DNA of 47,192 bases from Bacteroidales bacterium (lineage in GTDB: Bacteria > Bacteroidota > Bacteroidia > Bacteroidales > UBA7332): contig JBOFXU010000262.1 in the NCBI GenBank assembly GCA_051654305.1, forward strand, positions 1-47,192. Reading direction: 5' to 3'. This document shows, piece after piece, positions 38,512 to 46,532 of the stretch (its first letter is position 1; every line of letters starts with the position of its first letter). The notes under the pieces were generated by a model. It was given only the letters and a program-made list of their open reading frames with translations. It searched no databases and had not been told where the DNA came from. The position numbers were made by a program, and so were the translations under genes.

Positions 38512-39429
38512 ATGAGAGTGTTAGTAGCAACGGATAAACCTTTTGCAGCAATTGCCATCCAGGGAATCCGTAAATCAATAGAAGCTGCCGGTGACGAACT
38601 GGTACTTTTAGAAAAATATACTGAGAAATCTCAGCTGCTGGAGGCTATCCGCACAGTAGATGCGGTCATTGTTCGCAGCGATATTATCGATGCCGAAGTA
38701 ATTAACCATGCAGAGCAACTGAAAATCATCGTACGTGCCGGTGCGGGATATGACAATATTGATCTCGAGGCTGCTAAAGCCCGCGGGATTTGTGTGATGA
38801 ACACTCCGGGACAGAATGCTAATGCGGTTGCTGAGCTGGTATTCGGCATGATCCTCTATAAAATCCGGAATCATTTTGATGGCACTTCCGGCACCGAACT
38901 GATGGGGAAAAGCCTTGGGCTTCACGCTTATGGCAACGTAGCCAGAAATGTAGCACGCATTGCCCGTTGCTTCGGAATGACTATTTATGCCTTTGATCCG
39001 TTCTGTCCCAAAGAGGTCATTCATCTCGATGGCGTCATTGCCCTGGATAGTGCCGAAAAGCTTTATCAAAAGTGTCAGTATGTTTCATTACATATGCCAG
39101 CCACTGCTGATACCCGTAAATCTATCAATCATGCGCTGTTGAGCCAGATGCCAAAAAATGCAATGCTGATCAACACAGCCCGCAAAGAAGTGATCCACGA
39201 GGAAGAGCTGCTCTCCCTGATGGACGAACGCAAAGATTTTAGCTACGTTTCGGATATTACACCCGATCACGCAGATACGTTTATTGAGAAATACAACGAC
39301 AGAGTCCTCTTCACCCCGAAAAAAATGGGGGCACAGACTGCCGAAGCAAACATCAATGCCGGTATCGCTGCTGCCAATCAAATTGTAGGATTCCTCAAAA
39401 ATGGGATCGACAAGTTCAGAGTAAATTAG
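38512..39429 (+). CDS. serA: D-3-phosphoglycerate dehydrogenase, short form without ACT domain (D-2-hydroxyacid dehydrogenase family)
   Basis: 305 aa with a Rossmann NAD-binding region and the motif RAGAGYDNID. The catalytic-domain signature is LINTARKEVI. It lies immediately downstream of serC. Confidence 0.75.
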   Translation: MRVLVATDKPFAAIAIQGIRKSIEAAGDELVLLEKYTEKSQLLEAIRTVDAVIVRSDIIDAEVINHAEQLKIIVRAGAGYDNIDLEAAKARGICVMNTPGQNANAVAELVFGMILYKIRNHFDGTSGTELMGKSLGLHAYGNVARNVARIARCFGMTIYAFDPFCPKEVIHLDGVIALDSAEKLYQKCQYVSLHMPATADTRKSINHALLSQMPKNAMLINTARKEVIHEEELLSLMDERKDFSYVSDITPDHADTFIEKYNDRVLFTPKKMGAQTAEANINAGIAAANQIVGFLKNGIDKFRVN

Positions 39430-39457
39430 TCTTAGCTTGCTCAATCACACCTAAAAA

Positions 39458-39493
39458 AGAGGTCAGTTCACCAAAATGAACTGACCTCTTTTT
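39458..39493 (+). terminator. Rho-independent terminator after serA
   Basis: AGAGGTCAGTTCA (39458..39470) pairs with TGAACTGACCTCT (39477..39489), then TTTT. Confidence 0.85.
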
Positions 39494-40073
39494 CTTTCAT
39501 TCGTATAGTTTATATTCAAAATATCTATTTTCTTAACAATACATCTTTGTCTTATCTCCTTCATTTTGCCTCTCCCACCTCTTCTAACCCCCGATATAAC
39601 AGCCTATTGGAAATATTTTTTAATTGAAATACAGATGTTACATTTTTGTTTCGAGAATTTAAGAAGCTATAGTATAGTTAAATAATATTTATTTAAGCCC
39701 CTGTCAAAAAGATATTAGAATATCATTTTGTATTACAAAATCACATTTAAACAGTAAGATGAGATAAAAACAGACTCTTTTACTCGAATATGTTATAAAA
39801 ATAGTCTTTTTACAGACTATCACCGCCACGCGACCCTCTTGTTAATGAATGTTTAGCATTTTGGCGTATATTACAAATTATTGTATAATTGCACTCAGAA
39901 AGATTAAGTAATTAGTAAGACAGGCTGCCATAAATTCTAATACTCTGTAGCTATTTTTTACACCTTTACTCTTTTTAAACCTATAAAGTCTACGATTGAA
40001 TTCTTCTCACGAAGAATATCTGTGAATTAAAACCGAACATACAATTTATACAAGCCTGTTTAGAATAAACCAT

Positions 40074-40109
40074 AAAAGAAAGGCCGGAGTTCCCTCCGGC
40101 CTTTCTTTT
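40074..40109 (-). terminator. Hairpin terminator at the end of the S41 peptidase gene
   Basis: AAAAGAAAGGCCGGAG (40074..40089) pairs perfectly with CTCCGGCCTTTCTTTT (40094..40109), a 16-bp stem with a TTCC loop. The stem overlaps the stop codon. Confidence 0.8.
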
Positions 40110-41544
40110 ATTTAATCAGCACTCCTTCCGGATTCTGAATCGGACAGTACCCTGTCGGTAAGAGCTCCGGATAAACGACCGGCGAAACCGTACGGCTTTG
40201 ATTTGCCGTCAAATCCACCCCCAATGCTTTGAGTGATCTCTGCATATAGATATCGTCGATACTTCCGAAAGGCGCAAACGGGCGTGCCGTCATCACCTCC
40301 GAAAACACATTGGAAGCCTCAGGCACAAATCCACTGGCATAGTCCGACTGACGAAGCGAATTATAGATCTTGACCGAGATCGGTTGAAGTTTATATCCCG
40401 GAAATTTTGAATCGCGTATGGCATACGAGCCTACATTCTTTCCTTCGGTCTTTTCACCCACGTGAATGACCGGAATATAGGGACGAAGGCTATTGATAAT
40501 CAATTCACTTGCCGAAGCCGTGTAGCGCGTACCGATCACCACCAACCGCTTCAGGTCCAGATTTGCATCCCCCACTACTGTAGAAGTATAGAAATAGATC
40601 TCTTTTTCAGGATTTGTTTTCTCCTGTTTATCGTTCATCTCCTGAATTGCCATCAGTTTCCCCAGATTCGTTTGCGCAACAAGTGTGCTGGCAAGCAGCT
40701 GAGCCGTGCGGACATATCCCCCGCCATTGTAGCGCAAATCGAGGATCATTTCTGTCACCCCTGCCGTTTTAAAGCTCTTCATCAAATCTCGTAGCTCATT
40801 CTCGTAGCGGAAATCCACCATATCATCTGTCGGGCCAAACTTAAAGGCATTATACACCAGGTATCCGATTTTGCGGGTATCGTAGTTTAGAATCTCAGAA
40901 TAGTGAATCGGATTTTCATCCATCTCCACGGCTGCAGTCAGACTCACCGGTTCTTCCGATTGCACATATACGTACTGCCCCAACTGTTGATCCGCCACAA
41001 ACTGAGCTTTACACACGGTCATTGCCTGCCCCGATTTGAGCAGAGCATAGTTCGTTGCATTGATCTGTTGATTGTTGATTTTATGAATATAGTCCCCACG
41101 CTTTATTCCCGCTTTGTCCGCCGGCGAATCCTTCAATACATAGAACACCCGTGCAATCTCCGCACCCGGCACTTTCGGATGCTGATAACGCACAAAGTCG
41201 ATCCCGTAGGTCAATTCCGAGGTAATGCTATATTTTGTCTTTTCGGGAGTTTCGATATAGGAATAAAAGTATCCTGTCCCATCTGCCGCTCTTTTCATCT
41301 CCCGCTGGCGCGAAAGCAGCTCCACGAAAAAGTCTTTCGGAGCTGCGGTATAATCCAGCTCAGACGGAGCTGGCATATCCTGATAGTAGAGATATTTACT
41401 GTCCATCTCCGAGAAGATCCACTCGTTGACCTTCTCATTTTGTGTCTTTTCTCTGGTTAACTCTTTGGTCTCATCGCCACATGCCACAAACGTGCAACAG
41501 GGGATCACCAAAGCTGTAATTGCTTTAATAAACTCTTTTTTCAT
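40108..41544 (-). CDS. S41-family (C-terminal processing type) peptidase lipoprotein with PDZ domain
   Basis: 478 aa with lipobox FVA|CG. It has a PDZ-like segment (DSPADKAGIKRGDYIHKINNQQI) and the S41 serine motif GTRYTASASELIINSL. Confidence 0.82.
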   Translation of the reverse strand: MKKEFIKAITALVIPCCTFVACGDETKELTREKTQNEKVNEWIFSEMDSKYLYYQDMPAPSELDYTAAPKDFFVELLSRQREMKRAADGTGYFYSYIETPEKTKYSITSELTYGIDFVRYQHPKVPGAEIARVFYVLKDSPADKAGIKRGDYIHKINNQQINATNYALLKSGQAMTVCKAQFVADQQLGQYVYVQSEEPVSLTAAVEMDENPIHYSEILNYDTRKIGYLVYNAFKFGPTDDMVDFRYENELRDLMKSFKTAGVTEMILDLRYNGGGYVRTAQLLASTLVAQTNLGKLMAIQEMNDKQEKTNPEKEIYFYTSTVVGDANLDLKRLVVIGTRYTASASELIINSLRPYIPVIHVGEKTEGKNVGSYAIRDSKFPGYKLQPISVKIYNSLRQSDYASGFVPEASNVFSEVMTARPFAPFGSIDDIYMQRSLKALGVDLTANQSRTVSPVVYPELLPTGYCPIQNPEGVLIK

Positions 41545-41604
41545 TACTTCTCTATTTAAGGTCGCCTCGAAAGACTAAAAAAATATATTCCAGTAGAACA
41601 ATTC

Positions 41605-41636
41605 CAAAGGTATTATCGTTTGCTTCATGGAGCAAA
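41605..41636 (-). promoter_or_regulatory. Candidate Bacteroides-type promoter for the S41 peptidase gene (-33 TTTG, 20-nt spacer, -7 TACCTTTG)
   Basis: The minus strand reads TTTG-ctccatgaagcaaacgataa-TACCTTTG. The -7 box ends 60 nt upstream of the ATG at 41544. Confidence 0.5.
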
Positions 41637-41654
41637 AACATACGTTTAAGGTTA

Positions 41655-41686
41655 AAATAAGGAGCAGAAACCCAGCGGTTCTGCTC
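41655..41686 (-). terminator. Hairpin terminator after the HAD gene
   Basis: GAGCAGAA (41662..41669) pairs with TTCTGCTC (41679..41686). A T-rich tail follows on the minus strand. Confidence 0.5.
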
Positions 41687-41704
41687 TCTGTTTGCGGGTG
41701 ATTC

Positions 41705-42418
41705 TTACTCCTTCACCCCTGCTGCAATCACTCCCGGTAACTCTCCGAAAGAGTTGAGCTGAATAAACTCTTTGCCTTCCAGCTCTTTTTCACTCACCAG
41801 TTCGTGTGCCCAAGTGGTATGAAAAGGAATATGTACCGCTTTTCCGCCAAGCTCCAATACCGGCAGAATATCTGATTTTAACGAATTTCCGACCATCAGA
41901 AACTCCGAAGCCTTCACATCCAGACGTTTAAGCAACGCCTCGTAGTTATCCGCTTTCTTATCGCTCATCACTTCCACAAAATCAAAGAAACCCGTCAGCC
42001 CCGAACGCTGCAACTTACGTTGCTGATCGAGCAAGTCTCCCTTTGTAGCAAGCACCAGCTTATAGTCGCGGGCAAATCCGGGTAAAACCTCTTTCACATC
42101 CTCCAGCAACACCACCGGCTTACGCAAAATATCGTTACCCAGTTCCATGATCTGCTTAACGATAGTGTTCGGCACCTGATAATCGCTCGCTTCCATCGCG
42201 GTCTCTATGGCAGAGAGAATAAAGTTCTTTACCCCGAAACCATAGAGCGGTATATTTTTCACTTCGTGGTCAAGCAGCAGATCCACAATGGCTTTCTCTT
42301 CGCCATACTCCGCCAGCAACACACACAGCTGATGCTCCGCCTCTCTGAAGAAAGTCTCGTTTTCCCACAGCGTATCGTCCGCATCAAAAGCAATCACTTT
42401 AATATCTTTCATCCTCAT
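41705..42418 (-). CDS. HAD-superfamily hydrolase
   Basis: About 237 aa. HAD motif I is VIAFDADDTLW. Motif II is in LVLATKG and motif IV in MVGNSLKSD. The track start at 42421 is TTG. The ATG at 42418 shares one base with the upstream TGA stop (TGATG). Confidence 0.85.
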   Translation of the reverse strand: MRMKDIKVIAFDADDTLWENETFFREAEHQLCVLLAEYGEEKAIVDLLLDHEVKNIPLYGFGVKNFILSAIETAMEASDYQVPNTIVKQIMELGNDILRKPVVLLEDVKEVLPGFARDYKLVLATKGDLLDQQRKLQRSGLTGFFDFVEVMSDKKADNYEALLKRLDVKASEFLMVGNSLKSDILPVLELGGKAVHIPFHTTWAHELVSEKELEGKEFIQLNSFGELPGVIAAGVKE

Positions 42419-43392
42419 CAAAACTTTATAGTTAAATCCACATATACCGGGAGATGATCACTGCATCCTCCCGCATAAAATGTCCCCCGATACGTTCGCC
42501 GGGGCACCTTTACTCCCTGTGCATTCTCATGCAACAGAAAATCAGGAGCAAATATATAACTTTTTGGCTGAAAAAGAGAGACTTTACGGGTGGTATCTGC
42601 CAGCGATGGGGAGATCAGAAAGTGGTCTATTGTCTCCCAGGCACGCCCAAAGTAATAGCTTCCAAGCTCCTTTTCGCCATGTGTCAGCACAAGGAGCCTA
42701 CCCTCCTGCCCCCCGAAAAGCTTTTGCGGTGCTGGCTCGTTCAAATCGCCCATAACCACCAGAGAGAGTGTTTGCCTTACCCTTGCCAGACTGTCCGTGT
42801 AGGTCTCAAGCGTTGCAGCAGCCTTCCGACGGAAACCTTCAGTCTGTAATTCGCCTCCCCGCCGCGAAGGCAAGTGACAGACCAGCACATCCAGCGTATC
42901 GCCAGAAACCACCCTTCCGGCAACATGAAGAATATCCCGCGTAGGCGGAAGATCTGCCGGCTGACGAATGCTCCGGACCTCCAGCACCCGAAAGCGGTCG
43001 GGTTGATAGAGTAATGCCACATCTATTCCCCGCACATCGGGCGATTCTGTCATCACATACGCATAACCGGACTCCCGCAACGGTGTCCGGCGTGTGAGAT
43101 AATGGAGTACCGAATCGTTTTCTACTTCGCAAAGACCCACGAGCGCAGGCACCTCCCACTCGCCCACAGCCGCGATCACACGAGCCAGATCCATCTGTTT
43201 CCTGCGATATTTCGTATAATTCCACCGACGCACTCCTCCGGGACTGAACTCTTCATCTTTATGCAGCGAATCCCGGTGCAGATCAAACAGGTTCTCGACA
43301 TTATAAAACACAATGCGGAAGCTCCCCGGTGGGGAAGCTTCCGCATTGCTACACACGATCATACACAACAACATTAGTATTCGTATACGCAT
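42418..43392 (-). CDS. Secreted endonuclease/exonuclease/phosphatase (EEP) family protein
   Basis: 324 aa with a signal peptide (CSNAEAS). EEP motifs are present: FYNVENLF near the N-terminus, LCEVEN, MGDLNE, and SDHLPVYV at the C-terminus. Confidence 0.85.
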   Translation of the reverse strand: MRIRILMLLCMIVCSNAEASPPGSFRIVFYNVENLFDLHRDSLHKDEEFSPGGVRRWNYTKYRRKQMDLARVIAAVGEWEVPALVGLCEVENDSVLHYLTRRTPLRESGYAYVMTESPDVRGIDVALLYQPDRFRVLEVRSIRQPADLPPTRDILHVAGRVVSGDTLDVLVCHLPSRRGGELQTEGFRRKAAATLETYTDSLARVRQTLSLVVMGDLNEPAPQKLFGGQEGRLLVLTHGEKELGSYYFGRAWETIDHFLISPSLADTTRKVSLFQPKSYIFAPDFLLHENAQGVKVPRRTYRGTFYAGGCSDHLPVYVDLTIKF

Positions 43393-43406
43393 ATCGTTTC
43401 TGTTTT

Positions 43407-44792
43407 TTATTTGTATTCAAAGGCTCCGGCATCAGGCTGTTCCACATCCCGTACCACCCCGTAGAAATCGGTTTCAGCAGCCGGCAGTACCGGCGAGCGA
43501 CCCAGATGTCGGGCTACCGAGACGCTATCCAGTCTGAAATCAAAGCGATAGTCATCGTTTACGACGCGAAACAGCGGATCTTTGTTCCACACAATTCCCT
43601 CGAAATGATCGCCTGACTCCTCTTTCCCCTTCAGCACAGAATGCTTAAATGAAACCTCACTCGAAAACTCAGACGAAACAGGCAGGTAAAATTCATTCCG
43701 CCCCCTTCCCCAAACAATAGAGTTACGCATCTCCATTTCCAGCGGAGATGTCTTCGCATCAAGGTGCAATGCATAACCATACACCGATCCGAAAGGATAG
43801 AAGTTTGCCAACGTACAGTGAACAAATTCATAACTTCCTCCGTCGAGATCAACTAAGTGCCCCCCCGAATTTGAAATTTGCGTACCCGTAAGTTCCACAA
43901 CGGCATTCTCAGCCACAACCCCCGAAGTAAGAGCATTATGAATCAGACAATTTTCCAGTTTTAGCTGTCTTCGCTGCGGTGTGGCACTTCCTCCTTGTAT
44001 GGAGATGGCACGTACCGTTGCATGAATATCGCAGTGCGAAAGCAAATTATCCGCACTTCTCTCCGTGAAGACAATTCCTTCCCACTGACCCGCTACACGG
44101 TCATAAGGCAATCCCTCAAGCAGCTCATCCAGCCGATCGCCCCGTAGTGTCACAGGAGCTCCGGATGTTCCCCGAGCCTGCACGGTACCGTCAACCAGCA
44201 ACCGCGCATTCTTGTGAAAGTACAAGCGGGCACCTGCCTGAATATCCAGCAATGCCTCCGGAGCCACATAGAGTGAATCGTAAATCAAATAAGGCTTTTC
44301 GGCGGTCATTGTCAATTGGCGGTTGACTACCTTGCCCTGCCAGCGGACTACCTCCCAGGCAAGTGCTTCAAGAGCCACCTCCTGCCGGTTTCCGTTGTAC
44401 GAAAAAACAATAGCATCACTTCGCCGCACCGGGTCCGGATGGCCCGTTGCCTGCAATGTTGTTTCCACCGCAATAAAAAGACTGTCCTTCCCGGCAATCT
44501 CCACAGCACTGAACTCCGTTCCGCTCTGACCGTCCACATTGATACGAAACTCACCTCCCCCATTCTGCAGGCGAATATCGGCAATTCGCATCGGTTCGCG
44601 GTTACGGTTATACACCTTCAGCCAGCGCGTGGCAGAGGAGACCCCCGTAAACAACGTATCGAAACGCACCGTATCCGCAGAGAAAGACAAGACTCGTGCC
44701 GGGTTGGTTGTGAAGTCCGGATCGGACATACACGAGTACCCCATCCCCACGATGAGGCAAAAGAATATTGTTTGGCGTATAAATGATCTCAT
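43407..44792 (-). CDS. Lipoprotein of unknown function, probably a right-handed beta-helix fold
   Basis: 461 aa with lipobox GYS|C. The N-terminal part looks Ig-like (LSFSADTVRFDTLFTGVSSATRWLKVYNRNREPMRIADIRL). The central part has short repeated turn motifs (NCLIHNALTSGVVAENAVVELTGTQISNSGGHLVDL...VHCTLANF). The fold call is an inference only. Confidence 0.55.
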   Translation of the reverse strand: MRSFIRQTIFFCLIVGMGYSCMSDPDFTTNPARVLSFSADTVRFDTLFTGVSSATRWLKVYNRNREPMRIADIRLQNGGGEFRINVDGQSGTEFSAVEIAGKDSLFIAVETTLQATGHPDPVRRSDAIVFSYNGNRQEVALEALAWEVVRWQGKVVNRQLTMTAEKPYLIYDSLYVAPEALLDIQAGARLYFHKNARLLVDGTVQARGTSGAPVTLRGDRLDELLEGLPYDRVAGQWEGIVFTERSADNLLSHCDIHATVRAISIQGGSATPQRRQLKLENCLIHNALTSGVVAENAVVELTGTQISNSGGHLVDLDGGSYEFVHCTLANFYPFGSVYGYALHLDAKTSPLEMEMRNSIVWGRGRNEFYLPVSSEFSSEVSFKHSVLKGKEESGDHFEGIVWNKDPLFRVVNDDYRFDFRLDSVSVARHLGRSPVLPAAETDFYGVVRDVEQPDAGAFEYK

Positions 44793-44801
44793 CCGCCCCT
44801 C

Positions 44802-46241
44802 CTATATTGTCCGGAGAATCTCCAGCAAGTGCAGCCAGAACTTCTGCATCGACGATACAGAAAGCCGCTCCTGTGGGGAGTGTGCTCCTAAAATGGTCGG
44901 ACCAAAAGAGATCATATCCAGCCCGGGATATTTTTTGAGAAAAAGCCCGCACTCCAGTCCGGCATGCACCGCACGAATATCCGGTTCCTCGTCAAACAGA
45001 TCACGATAAGTTTCTGTCGCTTTACGCACCAACGGAGAGTTTAAATTCGGCTGCCATCCCGGATAACCCTCGCCGTGAGTCACTGCTGCACCGCTCAGGT
45101 GAAAAAGTGCCTCCAGACGCCATGCGATGTCGTATTTTGCACTCTCTATCGCACTGCGCTGGCTCGATACCACCGTAATCGTATCGTTGCCCTGGCGCAC
45201 CGAAGCCAGATTCGTAGACGTCTCCACCAATCCTTCCAGCTCGCGGCTCATAGCCACCACACCATTCGGACAAGCATAAAGCGCTCCTATAAGTGCATCT
45301 GACACGGCAGGCTCAATACAGAAATCCGGACGATCCTCAGACTCAAGGTCAATACGCAAACAGGGTTCCGTCTTTGCATACTCCTGCTCTACATCGTAGA
45401 TAAAATGATTCAGTGCAATACGCAGATGCTCCTTCTCGCGAAAAGGAACTCCTGCCCATGCCCACGCTTCGCGCGGAATTGCATTGTGCAGATGCCCGCC
45501 TCCGATTTCCGACAAGACCAGTCCGTACTGAGCACGGATTTGCCAGAGAAAACGACTGAGCAACTGAACCGCATTCGCATAACCGCGATTTATATCATCT
45601 CCCGAATGTCCCCCGTTTAGTCCCGAGACCTTCACCCGGAAATAGAACATCTGCTCGGGAGCCTCCACTCGTTCGTAGTTGTACGTCGCACGGGTATCAA
45701 TTCCCCCCGCACACCCCACATAAATTCCCTCTTCTCCATCGAGATTAAGCAACAAACGGCTTTTGAAAAACCCTTTTTGCAGAGCCGCAGCCCCGGTGAG
45801 TCCGGTCTCTTCATCCACCGTAAAAAGCACTTCAAGCTCGCCGTGAGGGATATCCTCCGAGGCCAGCACAGCCAAAGCCGCAGCCATTCCTGCCCCGTTA
45901 TCCGCTCCGAGGGTAGTACCCCGTGCTTTCACCCAATCACCATCCACATACGCGTCGATCGGATCTTTTTCAAAATCATGCTCAACACCAGCATCTTTCT
46001 CGCACACCATATCCATATGGCATTGCAAAAGCACCGAAGGACGCAGTTCCATGCCCTCAGTCGCCGACTTTCGAAGGATTATATTTCCAATCTCATCAAT
46101 TCTACACTCCAAACTATATCTTGACGCAAACTCTTGCAAGTAAGCCCGAATTAGCCCCTCTTTCTTAGATGGACGGGGAACTTTGGTTATTTCATCGAAA
46201 AAATGCCATACAATTTCAGGCTGAAGTTTATTTTTTCTCAT
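44802..46241 (-). CDS. pepD: Aminoacyl-histidine (Xaa-His) dipeptidase, M20C family
   Basis: About 479 aa from the ATG at 46241 (MRKNKLQPEIVWHFFDEITKVPRPSKKE). Metal-ligand motifs are QCHMDMV, LGADNGAG and FTVDEETGLTGA, and the C-terminal motif is GPTILGAHSPQERL. The 11-aa extension in the track is unlikely. Confidence 0.9.
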   Translation of the reverse strand: MRKNKLQPEIVWHFFDEITKVPRPSKKEGLIRAYLQEFASRYSLECRIDEIGNIILRKSATEGMELRPSVLLQCHMDMVCEKDAGVEHDFEKDPIDAYVDGDWVKARGTTLGADNGAGMAAALAVLASEDIPHGELEVLFTVDEETGLTGAAALQKGFFKSRLLLNLDGEEGIYVGCAGGIDTRATYNYERVEAPEQMFYFRVKVSGLNGGHSGDDINRGYANAVQLLSRFLWQIRAQYGLVLSEIGGGHLHNAIPREAWAWAGVPFREKEHLRIALNHFIYDVEQEYAKTEPCLRIDLESEDRPDFCIEPAVSDALIGALYACPNGVVAMSRELEGLVETSTNLASVRQGNDTITVVSSQRSAIESAKYDIAWRLEALFHLSGAAVTHGEGYPGWQPNLNSPLVRKATETYRDLFDEEPDIRAVHAGLECGLFLKKYPGLDMISFGPTILGAHSPQERLSVSSMQKFWLHLLEILRTI

Positions 46242-46249
46242 AAAAACTC

Positions 46250-46269
46250 TATATTTGTACGCAAATATA
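46250..46269. promoter_or_regulatory. Two inverted -7 boxes (TATATTTG / CAAATATA) in the 35-bp pepD / small-ORF intergenic region
   Basis: The sequence is TATATTTG-tacg-CAAATATA. The plus-strand box ends 19 nt before the ATG at 46277, and the minus-strand box ends 20 nt before the ATG at 46241. Confidence 0.45.
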
Positions 46270-46276
46270 AACAAGA

Positions 46277-46519
46277 ATGTTTAAGGTACTTCTTATTGTA
46301 ATCATAATTGTGGGTATTTCGGTACTGTTACTGGGAATCAAAGTTTTCTTTACCCGTAACGGAAAATTTCCGAACACACACATTGGAGGGAACAAGGCTC
46401 TTTCCAATCGGGGAATCACATGTGCAAAAACAGATGACAAACTGGCGCAACAAAAACAAGGGTTGTTCGACAGGGTGGAGCATCAGGATGGAGCCAAGAA
46501 CGAAACAAATGAAAAATAA
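46277..46519 (+). CDS. Small membrane-anchored protein, unknown function
   Basis: 80 aa with one N-terminal TM segment (VLLIVIIIVGISVLLLGIKVFF) and a charged tail. It has an ATG start, a -7 box upstream, and ends 13 nt before the ompH-like gene. Confidence 0.6.
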   Translation: MFKVLLIVIIIVGISVLLLGIKVFFTRNGKFPNTHIGGNKALSNRGITCAKTDDKLAQQKQGLFDRVEHQDGAKNETNEK

Positions 46520-46532
46520 AGTATAGTGATTT

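Noticed and set aside
39990-40073. 27-aa minus-strand ORF with a CxxC (MVYSKQACINCMFGFNSQIFFVRRIQS) just after the S41 terminator
   Set aside because: There is no promoter between the terminator and the ATG, and I have no conservation evidence. It is noted only as one possibility for the ORF-free gap.
42454-45009. Cluster of 90-156-aa ORFs on both strands inside the EEP, beta-helix and pepD genes
   Set aside because: They are explained by locally high GC (few stop codons). They are Arg/Pro/Ser-rich and overlap genes with clear motifs.
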